From positions 69,459 to 133,458 of IMG/VR virus record IMGVR_UViG_3300019487_000018: DNA of 64,000 bases; one strand, given 5' to 3'. The notes under the pieces were generated by a model. The model did no database searches, was not told the DNA's origin, and was given only the letters and a program-made list of their open reading frames with translations. The position numbers were made by a program, and so were the translations under genes. The stretch comes from a virus. Shown here one piece after another: positions 1 through 8,709 of the stretch. The stretch's first letter is position 1; every line of letters starts with the position of its first letter.

Positions 1-2
1 CC

Positions 3-1388
3 GGTTCGCAGAAGTTTGGCGTTACCGACTACGACTCCACACGCGGCTGGTTCAATATTGCAGCTTCTACAAACCGTGTTGGTACAAGTGTTCGTGGTAA
101 CTCACAGTACCTTCGTTGGGACAAGATGCGTGACTTCACAAACATGCAGGAAGATATTTCTGACCTTATCGACGCGTTCTTGGCAGCGGCAGCAGCAAAC
201 ACGAACGTTAAGTGGCAGAATGCAGCTGCAGGTATTGTGGTTCCGACAGGCCTTCCAAATGCTGATACAAGCACAGGTTTGCTCCGCACAACGATTTACC
301 AGTTGCGCGTCAACTTGAACGGTGCAGGTAACGTAACAGTGTTCATTGACTTGAACATTCCACAAACAACCGGCGTTTCATTCAACAACCTTGTTGCCGC
401 ATTGAACACAGGTCTGAAGACAGCTGGTCTTGCAGTTGAAGCAGTATGGCGTCCTGGTTACAGCGCTACTGTTCCACCAGCAATTGTGTTCACAGCATTC
501 CCTGTTAACACAGCATTCACAGCAACATCAACAGGTGCGGTCCTTCAAGGAACCACATCCTCGATCGTTCTAACGGATGGTGCAACAAACGGTATCGTTG
601 CCGCACTTGCAGCATTTGGTGGTGCAATTGACGCAGCAGCTGAAGGTTTTGGCTGGGTTGATTTCCATCGCGTAAATGCAGCAGCAGTTTTGCCAGCAAC
701 AGTTCCTGGTGTTGCAGCTGGTAGTTATGACTTTACAGTCACAACAGAAGACGGTGCCTTCGATGTAACGGTTGTACTTGCAGGCGGTGAAACAATGACA
801 GCAATTGCTGCATTGATGCAAACTGCTCTTCAAACAGCAACAGGTGAAGCTGAACTGGTTACTGCAGTTGGTAGCAAGTTCCTGTTCGTTAACGACGATG
901 CAGGTTTCAATTCTGGCATCTCTGTGACAATTCCAACAGCTGGTTTAAACTCAGACCTGTTCCAGGCAATTGCAACAGCGCTCGACACAACTGTTGGTAG
1001 CATCACAACCCTGCACACGTTCTCTGGTGATGGTTGGGCAACACCTGGTGTTGACGGAACAACCAACTTGGCATTCCCAAAAACCTACAACGGTGTTGTG
1101 TACAACAACTGGTTGGAATTTTTGGCACGCTCGCCAATTGGCGGTCGTTTGTCAATGCAGTTTGCATTCGGTCCAACAGGATATGGTCCTCTGTTCACAA
1201 GTGATGGTGGTTCCGCATTCGAGAAGGAACTTCGTCCAGCATCTCGTGGCCAGTGTATCTACGGTCAGTTGTACTGGGATGGTGCAGCATACCGCTACTT
1301 CGTGGCAGGCGATTCTAGCCGTGTAGCAGCAGATGACATCAGCGCAGGTACAAACAACCCACCGCAAGCTGACGACAACGGTCTGTAA
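3..1388 (+). CDS. Virion structural/decoration protein, 5'-truncated by the window edge
   Basis: The frame of the 126..1388 ORF is open back to base 3 (GSQKFGVTDYDSTRGWFNIAAST...). Ala/Thr/Gly-rich beta-type sequence, upstream of neck/tail genes and followed by a terminator. Confidence 0.75.
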   Translation, partial: GSQKFGVTDYDSTRGWFNIAASTNRVGTSVRGNSQYLRWDKMRDFTNMQEDISDLIDAFLAAAAANTNVKWQNAAAGIVVPTGLPNADTSTGLLRTTIYQLRVNLNGAGNVTVFIDLNIPQTTGVSFNNLVAALNTGLKTAGLAVEAVWRPGYSATVPPAIVFTAFPVNTAFTATSTGAVLQGTTSSIVLTDGATNGIVAALAAFGGAIDAAAEGFGWVDFHRVNAAAVLPATVPGVAAGSYDFTVTTEDGAFDVTVVLAGGETMTAIAALMQTALQTATGEAELVTAVGSKFLFVNDDAGFNSGISVTIPTAGLNSDLFQAIATALDTTVGSITTLHTFSGDGWATPGVDGTTNLAFPKTYNGVVYNNWLEFLARSPIGGRLSMQFAFGPTGYGPLFTSDGGSAFEKELRPASRGQCIYGQLYWDGAAYRYFVAGDSSRVAADDISAGTNNPPQADDNGL

Positions 1389-1408
1389 TCGTCGGATTCA
1401 CAAGGGCA

Positions 1409-1414
1409 TAAATA
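1409..1414 (+). promoter_or_regulatory. TAAATA late-promoter-like element (T4 gp55-type TATAAATA core)
   Basis: The same hexamer recurs just upstream of structural genes at 3949, 6137, 6812, 13285, 13787, 19003, 20188, 35710, 39178, 41897, 42580, 57231 (+) and 17763, 18981 (-). Confidence 0.65.
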
Positions 1415-1415
1415 G

Positions 1416-1446
1416 GGGTTGGAAGATTACTCTTCCAACCCTTTTT
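1416..1446 (+). terminator. Rho-independent terminator
   Basis: GGGTTGGAAGA-TTAC-TCTTCCAACCC 11-bp stem followed by TTTTT, downstream of the 1388 stop. Confidence 0.8.
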
Positions 1447-1459
1447 GTTTGGAGCATTT

Positions 1460-3067
1460 ATGACCGAAGGTTGCGTACCGATCCTTCCACAAGCATTAGA
1501 TGAGAACGGCAACCCCGTTGACACAACGCTTTGCCCAGCTCCTTCCGATTGGTCTACGTGTCGTCCTTGGGAATTAACGACGCAAAGTCGTACACAATGC
1601 TACATTGACAGTTTGACTCAAGAAGCTCTAAACATTGCTGGTGCAGATGTCAATGTGTACAAGCTTCTCGGTGTTCATGAACAGACAAAACTAGTCGATT
1701 TGACGGGTGACGGGAATCCAATTTCCGGTGGCGACTATGCTTTGTTTCCTGCTTCAAATGCTTTCACGGTTTACTCATCTGAGTGGCGTTCTGCACAAAT
1801 TGGGCAAGCAGTTCTTTCCTCTGCATACATTGGTTATGATTTTGGCATCATCAAGATTTCAACAGGGCGCGCTCGTTATGGCATCGACACAAGCATTCGC
1901 CAACACATTACCACAATTCGAATCAAGCAAGGCAACAATGCAGCGAACCGGATTGTAAAAGCACGTGTTGAACGATCAGACACAGGCACGGAGTGGTACG
2001 GTGTGGCTGTGATCAATCTGCCGAACAACGACGAGCTTAATACAATCCATTTCAAGCACTCTGTTCCAAGTCGCTTTTGGCGTCTCCGTCCGCTTGCCTT
2101 TGCAGGGGATACTTGCGACTGGTGGACGGTCAAAGCGCTAGAAATGTTTGACTACATGGCAACAGCACAAAACAACATTCAGGACAAAGTGTTGATGGAG
2201 AACCGTGATCGAGACTACGCAAAATCGTTTGTTAAGCTCAAAGGCTATTACGATCTTGTATCAGTTGCAACAGAGTTGTCAAAGTTTGGTATCGAGATTC
2301 CAACGTCAACCTATCAGATCAAAGTGAACTTCAACTCGACCGTTGCGAAGTTGGGACGACCGATTGTTATTGGTGATATCATCGAACTCCCGAGTGAAAC
2401 ACAGTACACTCCTGACTTGCGTCCTGTCAAGCGTTGGTTGGAAGTGACAGATGTATCGTGGGATCCCGGTTCATATACACCAGGTTGGCAACCAACACTG
2501 TTGCTCGTAACAACACAGCCAGCAATGGCAACACAAGAGACACAAGACATTTTTGGCGACCTTGCTAAGCAAGTTGACAGTTCGGGCCTGTTCAACAACG
2601 ACGACGGCAACAATCCTGTCTGGCAAGATTACAGCACAGTTGATCAAACGATCCACAACGAAGCGCTAACCGCAGTTGCGGAACGAGGCCGTGAAGGATC
2701 GAATGTAGTTCGCCAGTTCGAACAAGCAGAACTCGACACGGCAACTTCAGAAGGATTTCCGCACCTCAACAAGATTGGCTTGAATCCAACAGGATTGTAC
2801 GTCGAAGACGCAATCCCTGCAAATAATGCACCTTATACACAAGGTCCAGACTTTCCTCTTACTCCTGTAAATGGTGATTATCACCGACTGGTGTATGAAG
2901 GATTAGCAATGGATGTTCCCGCTCGTTTGTACCGTTGGTCGACTGCAAAGGGACGGTGGATTTATGAAGAAACAGACCGTCGAGCTGAATTCAATGATGA
3001 AAAGGCAAGACTGGACGAATACTTAACATCGCCAGCTGCCACCTCAGCAAGGAAGATTGGACAATGA
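1460..3067 (+). CDS. Neck protein (T4 gp14-like) with inserted discoidin/F5-8 type C-like domain
   Basis: GGAG RBS before ATG 1460; gp14-like segments (QEALNIAGADVNVY, ELSKFGIEI); internal ITTIRIKQG..VERSDTGTEWYGV..PSRFWRLRP segment; sits before tail terminator and sheath. Confidence 0.65.
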   Translation: MTEGCVPILPQALDENGNPVDTTLCPAPSDWSTCRPWELTTQSRTQCYIDSLTQEALNIAGADVNVYKLLGVHEQTKLVDLTGDGNPISGGDYALFPASNAFTVYSSEWRSAQIGQAVLSSAYIGYDFGIIKISTGRARYGIDTSIRQHITTIRIKQGNNAANRIVKARVERSDTGTEWYGVAVINLPNNDELNTIHFKHSVPSRFWRLRPLAFAGDTCDWWTVKALEMFDYMATAQNNIQDKVLMENRDRDYAKSFVKLKGYYDLVSVATELSKFGIEIPTSTYQIKVNFNSTVAKLGRPIVIGDIIELPSETQYTPDLRPVKRWLEVTDVSWDPGSYTPGWQPTLLLVTTQPAMATQETQDIFGDLAKQVDSSGLFNNDDGNNPVWQDYSTVDQTIHNEALTAVAERGREGSNVVRQFEQAELDTATSEGFPHLNKIGLNPTGLYVEDAIPANNAPYTQGPDFPLTPVNGDYHRLVYEGLAMDVPARLYRWSTAKGRWIYEETDRRAEFNDEKARLDEYLTSPAATSARKIGQ

Positions 3068-3918
3068 CAAACTACTATCAGACAACAGAATCATCTGGAC
3101 GTCCTGACAAAGCGTACTATTATGATCATCAGTTCCGCAGCTATGTGCTGCAATTTATGGCTATCTTTTCAGGTCTGCAAGTTCGTGTCGCAAAGCGTGC
3201 CACAGGGGAAGCTGTTCCAGTAACAGATTGTGAAGGCCAGGTGACAGAGGAACCAATCATCGCGGAAGATCGATTGATTAGTGTGCCGATTCACTATGGA
3301 CACGCTGATCGAGTTGTCGCTGCAATTCTTGCTGAAAACACTCAGAACAAAGTCCTTCGCTTGCCAGTGCTTTCGGCTTACGTTTCTGGACTGGATTTTC
3401 TTACGAACTACCAAGCTGGTATTGGCACAGAGCGCCGACAAGCATACCTACCGACCCAGGGATTGATTCCTGATGATATTAAAGTTGTCTACCAACGTCG
3501 CGCATTCCCGTTTGAGTTGACGTTCGATCTCAACATTTACGCAAGCAACACAGACCAGCATTTTCAGATCCTTGAACAGATCTTGATGGTGTTTGACCCA
3601 ATGCTGCAAATTCAGACGAGTGACGGATTATTTGACATGGGACAAATCACACACGTAGCGCTCACGAGCATGTCTCTCGACACGAATTATCCAATTGGTA
3701 CAGATCGTCGAATCATCCAAAGTACCCTAACGTTTAAGATGCCAGTTTACCTGCAATCTCCGGCAGATGTCCGTAAGAACTTCATCCAGAAAATTTATGC
3801 ACGAGTTGGAGCGGTGAGTTCGACGGCTGGTAACAGCTTTGATATCATTGCAGAACTTGACGCGCAGGGCATAAATTACGAGCTTTTGATGAGCATTGAC
3901 GACTTGACCGTCACGTAA
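3064..3918 (+). CDS. Tail sheath stabiliser/terminator (T4 gp15-like)
   Basis: YYYDHQFRSY..VPIHYG..LRLPVLS..PFELTFDLNIYASNTDQHFQILEQILMVFDP pattern; synteny neck-terminator-sheath. Confidence 0.75.
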   Translation: MTNYYQTTESSGRPDKAYYYDHQFRSYVLQFMAIFSGLQVRVAKRATGEAVPVTDCEGQVTEEPIIAEDRLISVPIHYGHADRVVAAILAENTQNKVLRLPVLSAYVSGLDFLTNYQAGIGTERRQAYLPTQGLIPDDIKVVYQRRAFPFELTFDLNIYASNTDQHFQILEQILMVFDPMLQIQTSDGLFDMGQITHVALTSMSLDTNYPIGTDRRIIQSTLTFKMPVYLQSPADVRKNFIQKIYARVGAVSSTAGNSFDIIAELDAQGINYELLMSIDDLTVT

Positions 3919-3988
3919 GTTTTTCCACCGTGTCAGGGCACTATTTCATAAATATCCTCAACAAGCACAGCAGTTTAAGGAGATTTCT

Positions 3989-6136
3989 ATGGCAACACTC
4001 GTTAGCCCAGGCGTAAGCGTAACCATTACGGATGAGAGCTTTTTCATCCCAGCTGCGGCTTTGACAGTTCCACTGCTTTTCATCGCTACTGCAGATGAAA
4101 AGAAACAGCCAGACGGCGTAACGGATGCTCCAGGCACCTTTGAAAGCAACGTTATTCGTACTGTCACATCGCTTCAGCAGAGCACACAACTCTATGGTAT
4201 TCCGCGCTTTTTGGAAGATGAACAAGGATTGCCACTCAATGGCGATGCCCGTAACGAATACGGTCTTTTCGCTCTGAATCAGTTTCTCGGCATTGGTGAC
4301 CTCGCATACGTTATTCGTGCAAACGTCAACTTAAACGACAACCTCGATGATCTCCGCACTCTGTGGGATCAGAAAATGCAAGAAGCAAGTTTTGTTCTCG
4401 AGAACATCACTGCACAATTCATTTCTGAATACAACACAGTAAACGGTTACACACCGTCGTCAGGTGCAACATCAGGATATCAAGAAGCAGTTTTCGCTGC
4501 AGCAACGATCCTTCCAGCAACTGCTACAGGTCTTGTTGCTTTGACGACATACAGCTTCCAAGCAGTCGTTGATGGTGTAACATTTAACGGTTCGTTCCTT
4601 GGATCTGCTGCGTCAACGTTTGGTACATTGCTGACACAGATCAACACAATTCTTGGTGGTGTAGCTATCGCGTCGTTCTTCAATGGCGTAACACCTGCTC
4701 CAGTTGGCCCAGCAAACAGGATTCGCATTACAAGTGCAACTACTGGTCTGACATCAACAGTTGTGATTGACACAGCGTTTGTGGGCTTCGGTCCTAACGT
4801 ATTCCCAGCATTGGTTGGTCCACCAGCATTCGTTACTTTGGGTCCGCAGGTGCGTGGTGACACACTGTTCAAGTACACGGTAACTTCTGCAGAACTGCTT
4901 TCGTTGACAGAACAAGCAACAGCGTTCATCTGGGAAATGTTCTCGTTCAGCCGCGGTGTTCCGCCGCTGCATGACGACTTCATGGATAACCACACATCGA
5001 GCCCACTTCCAGTGTTTCCGAACGGCTACGATCAGCCGCCTGTTCCGCCTGGTTATCTTGGTTTCCAAGGTATTGAAGCCGCTTGGGTTGCAGGTAATTT
5101 GGGATCGACGCCTGGTCGTGAAGACGAATGGACACCAACAGAAGCATCGAACACATTACTTGGTGCGGCAGATGATTTCAAATTCACGACTGAATTCTTG
5201 AACAAGACCGCGCTTGGCGCTAACGATGCAGCTCGTCGCGTTGCAATTGTGACCGCTCTGCAAGCATCGATCAACAGCAACACAGACATTCGTGGTGAAA
5301 CATTCGAGTACAACCTGATCCTCTGCCCAGGTTACTGGGAAACCGTTGATGAGTTGAACAACCTCGTCATCGACATTCAAGAAGAGGCTATGGTTATTGC
5401 TGACACACCATTCAGTATGGATCCAGATCAAGTCGTAGCATGGGCTGCGACAACCGGTCGCACGCAAACACGTGATGTAGCATACTATTACCCACATGGC
5501 CTTGCATCGAACCTTGACGGCAAGAACGTATTCATTGCTGCTTCTGGTACAGCTCTTCGCACGATTGTGTTCAGCGATGAAACAGCTGAGATCTGGTTTG
5601 CTCCAGCAGGTACTCGTCGTGGTCAGGTTTCCGGTGTAACAGATGTTGGTTACGTAACCGGCACACTTGGCACACCAACAACATTCACACCAGTGGCTCT
5701 TAACCAGGGACAGCGTGATAACCTGTACAAGTACTTCACCAACGTCAACCCGATCGTGTTCTTCCCAGGCCGAGGCATTCTAGTGTGGGGTCAGAAAACA
5801 TCGGCACCAGATGCAAGCGCACTCGACCGTATCAATGTCATGCGTCTTGTCATGTATATCAAGCGTCAGCTTCGTAAGAACACAATGAGCTTCGTGTTCG
5901 AACCGAACGACCAACTGACCCGTGACAACTTAAAGGCAATGGTTGATGCATTCCTTGGTGATCTGATCGTCAAGCGTGGTCTGTTCGACTTCGCTACGGT
6001 TTGCGATGAAAGCAACAACACTCCAGATCGTATCGATAGAAACGAGATGTACATCGACGTAGCATTGAAGCCGGTGCGTGCAGCCGAATTCATCTACATC
6101 CCACTACGTATCGTTTCCACGGGAGCTCAGATCTAA
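3989..6136 (+). CDS. Contractile tail sheath protein (T4 gp18-like)
   Basis: N-term LVSPGVSVTITDES; C-term WFAPAGTRRG, NPIVFFPGRGILVWGQKT, SALDRINVMRL, FEPND, DRNEMYIDVALKPVRAAEFIYI; AAGGAG RBS. Confidence 0.95.
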   Translation: MATLVSPGVSVTITDESFFIPAAALTVPLLFIATADEKKQPDGVTDAPGTFESNVIRTVTSLQQSTQLYGIPRFLEDEQGLPLNGDARNEYGLFALNQFLGIGDLAYVIRANVNLNDNLDDLRTLWDQKMQEASFVLENITAQFISEYNTVNGYTPSSGATSGYQEAVFAAATILPATATGLVALTTYSFQAVVDGVTFNGSFLGSAASTFGTLLTQINTILGGVAIASFFNGVTPAPVGPANRIRITSATTGLTSTVVIDTAFVGFGPNVFPALVGPPAFVTLGPQVRGDTLFKYTVTSAELLSLTEQATAFIWEMFSFSRGVPPLHDDFMDNHTSSPLPVFPNGYDQPPVPPGYLGFQGIEAAWVAGNLGSTPGREDEWTPTEASNTLLGAADDFKFTTEFLNKTALGANDAARRVAIVTALQASINSNTDIRGETFEYNLILCPGYWETVDELNNLVIDIQEEAMVIADTPFSMDPDQVVAWAATTGRTQTRDVAYYYPHGLASNLDGKNVFIAASGTALRTIVFSDETAEIWFAPAGTRRGQVSGVTDVGYVTGTLGTPTTFTPVALNQGQRDNLYKYFTNVNPIVFFPGRGILVWGQKTSAPDASALDRINVMRLVMYIKRQLRKNTMSFVFEPNDQLTRDNLKAMVDAFLGDLIVKRGLFDFATVCDESNNTPDRIDRNEMYIDVALKPVRAAEFIYIPLRIVSTGAQI

Positions 6137-6163
6137 TAAATAGGCTAAACTAAGGAGAGCAGC

Positions 6164-6757
6164 GTGTCAACCATTAACGATATCGGTATTCCTGGTGTAG
6201 GAAGTGGTATCCTACACCCAAAACACAAGAACCGTTGGCGTGTAACGTTCGCCAATATGGGCGGCGGAACAGACAGTCAACCAGTTTCGATGCAGGCTAT
6301 TCGTTTCATGCGTCCGAAACTGAACTTCGCCGAAATCGAACTCCACCGTTACAACTCAATCGCGTACATTGCAGGTAAACACTCGTGGGATCCAATCACA
6401 TTTGTGCTACAAGATGACGTGACAGGTACTGCTTCCGCTGTTCTCAACACACAATTCCAAGCACAGCAGTGGTTGATTGGTGCAGAAGGTCAATGGTTGG
6501 CAACAGCAGGTGAGGGTTCGCTATACAAGTTCGTTACATATTGCGACATGCTCGACGGTAACGATCAGGTGATTGAAAAGTGGACGATTGAAGGTTGTTG
6601 GATTCAAGCCGGTAACTGGGGTGAACTCGACTACTCGACAGGCGATCCTATTGAACTTGAAATGACAATCCGCTTCGACCACGCACGTCAAGTCCTTGGT
6701 GGTTACCAGCAAGGTCCAGGCGTTGCAACTGGTGGTGCAGGTCGTACAAACGGTTAA
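6164..6757 (+). CDS. Tail tube protein (T4 gp19-like)
   Basis: Directly after sheath; NRWRVTF, AGKHSWDPITFVLQDD, WTIEGCW, ELDYSTGDPIELEMTIRFD; GTG start with AAGGAG RBS. Confidence 0.85.
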   Translation: MSTINDIGIPGVGSGILHPKHKNRWRVTFANMGGGTDSQPVSMQAIRFMRPKLNFAEIELHRYNSIAYIAGKHSWDPITFVLQDDVTGTASAVLNTQFQAQQWLIGAEGQWLATAGEGSLYKFVTYCDMLDGNDQVIEKWTIEGCWIQAGNWGELDYSTGDPIELEMTIRFDHARQVLGGYQQGPGVATGGAGRTNG

Positions 6758-6779
6758 TCCATAAGCTAGAACTGCTTAG

Positions 6780-6809
6780 AAAGAGCGGATTTTTCCGCTC
6801 TTTCCTTTT
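6780..6809 (+). terminator. Rho-independent terminator after tail tube gene
   Basis: AAAGAGCGGA-TTTT-TCCGCTCTTT 10-bp stem then CCTTTT; TAAATA follows at 6812. Confidence 0.75.
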
Positions 6810-6835
6810 GATAAATACGATCAATAGGAGCAGAA

Positions 6836-8233
6836 ATGGCAAACGACCCACGATTTAACACGCAGTTAGTCAAGCCCTGTCCACCTTCGTATTTGGGGCG
6901 ATCTGGTGCTGAGATTGCAAATGCAACCTCCGATGCACGTAAGTTCACAAACGCGGTTGGAAAGGTGGGCGATCTTGAAGTCCTGAACAATCCTCGAATC
7001 TTCGGTTCAAGTGGCTCGCGTGTTGGTCAGGGTCTTCGTACACTAGCGAGTGTTTCAAACTCTGTTCGAACTGGCTGTGGTGCGCTACCAACTGTTATCG
7101 GATCGGCTATTGAATCAACGATTGATAAAGGCGCGAACTGGGTGTTAGAAAACGTTGGTTTTAGCAAGACCCTTGTTGACCAAGCTCAGTACTTCAGTCC
7201 AGATATTGCGAACCAAGCGTATGGACAAGCGCAGCAAATCTATGAGCAAGTTCGACAAGGAAGCTTTCGTCTTCAAGACATTCCAAACGTACTACAAGAT
7301 TTTCAGAACCTCGAACGACTAGCACGTAACATTTACAATCCGCCTTCGAGCGTTCAATCAAGGTTCCGTGAGTTTTGTGAAGCATCACCGTACGCGGTCG
7401 ATCTCGTGTTACGTAAAATGAAGTACAAGTTCTTGTTCCTTGTCCAATTCATTTTCAATGACGGCTATACAGCTCTTGGCAATGCAAACTTTGCTTTCGT
7501 TGTTAAGAACTCTACACTGCCAAAGATGACAATTGAACAAGAAGATGTCAACTACTATAACTTTCGAACGAAAGTGATAACACGAACTCAGTTCGACGAA
7601 ATGAAGATGGCTTTCCACGACGATGGGTTCAACAATGCGACACGATTTTGGGCTGCCTACCAACGAGCAACGGCACCTGTTTCTAACTTCGAAAGTTGGG
7701 CAGAGCTGTCCCTTGCGGAGGAACAAGGTCTTGACTTCGATCGTGTCAACACACAAGTGAACGAACAGCTGGGTGATGTTGTTGTTCCTGTAACGGTTTC
7801 ATCGGCTTCGTTGGGCGCTCTTCAAGGAACGGCAAGAACGATTATCCAAGAGATTCGATTGTATCACCTGTTTGACTGGGGACGTTTCATGAACGTCTAC
7901 AAGTTCTTCAATCCTCGTATCACTTTGCTGGAAATGGACAACGTTGATATGGCTGTGAGCGAAATTAACGAAATGAATATCACGTTCAACTTTGACAGTG
8001 TGTTCGTCGATACTGACGTGCCAATCGCTGACGAGTTCTATAACATCAAGAGTCAGCAACCGAGCGCGTTCTACCCGATCAAGAACGTTACTTCTGGCGC
8101 AGAGAGTGGACCGAGCAATATTGGCTTTACATCTGGTCCTATTCCACAAAATCCAGCAGACTGCAACGCAGGCGGCATGCAGAATACTACAATTCCGCCA
8201 GCTGTTTTGCCGCCGGGTGTCATTCCGGGGTAA
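6836..8233 (+). CDS. Baseplate tail-tube initiator/cap (gp48/gp54-like) with tube-fold domain
   Basis: C-terminal half has tube-like motifs (YKFLFLVQF, VKNSTLPKMTIEQEDVNYYNFRTKV, MAFHDD, YKFFNPRI, ITFNFDSV). Confidence 0.55.
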   Translation: MANDPRFNTQLVKPCPPSYLGRSGAEIANATSDARKFTNAVGKVGDLEVLNNPRIFGSSGSRVGQGLRTLASVSNSVRTGCGALPTVIGSAIESTIDKGANWVLENVGFSKTLVDQAQYFSPDIANQAYGQAQQIYEQVRQGSFRLQDIPNVLQDFQNLERLARNIYNPPSSVQSRFREFCEASPYAVDLVLRKMKYKFLFLVQFIFNDGYTALGNANFAFVVKNSTLPKMTIEQEDVNYYNFRTKVITRTQFDEMKMAFHDDGFNNATRFWAAYQRATAPVSNFESWAELSLAEEQGLDFDRVNTQVNEQLGDVVVPVTVSSASLGALQGTARTIIQEIRLYHLFDWGRFMNVYKFFNPRITLLEMDNVDMAVSEINEMNITFNFDSVFVDTDVPIADEFYNIKSQQPSAFYPIKNVTSGAESGPSNIGFTSGPIPQNPADCNAGGMQNTTIPPAVLPPGVIPG

Positions 8234-8236
8234 TAT

Positions 8237-8698
8237 ATGTCTCGGTTTCAACAGGGATTTTATACACCAAAGCATCTTGACAAGTATGTTGTCAATCCGT
8301 TTCAGCCGACGAAGAAGCCGGGCGGTTCACCACGAATTCGCTACTTATCTTCGTGGGAATTGCAACTACATGAGTTCTTTGATAACAATCCGAACGTGAT
8401 TCGTTGGTCTTCAGAAGGTGTGGCAATCCCCTATGTTCAGCCTACTGACGGGAAAATCCACCGCTACTACCCGGACTACTGGGTTGAATTCCGCAACACC
8501 AGGGGACAAATCGTTCAAGAAATCATCGAAGTAAAGCCCAAAACACAAACTAGAGCACCACGTGCGAATTCGAAAAGGAAACTGTTAGAAGCTGTACAAT
8601 ATGCTGTAAATATTGCTAAATGGCGAGCTTGTCAACAATGGTGTAAACAGCGGAATATAGCCTTTCGTGTTGTTACCGAAACAAGCATCTTCAAATAA
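8237..8698 (+). CDS. Head completion nuclease (T4 gp4-like, TnsA-type PD-(D/E)xK)
   Basis: YLSSWE, WSSE, IPY, HRYYPDYW, IIEVKP, NIAKW, FRVVTE motifs. Confidence 0.9.
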   Translation: MSRFQQGFYTPKHLDKYVVNPFQPTKKPGGSPRIRYLSSWELQLHEFFDNNPNVIRWSSEGVAIPYVQPTDGKIHRYYPDYWVEFRNTRGQIVQEIIEVKPKTQTRAPRANSKRKLLEAVQYAVNIAKWRACQQWCKQRNIAFRVVTETSIFK

Positions 8699-8709
8699 AA
8701 GGGGCAATA

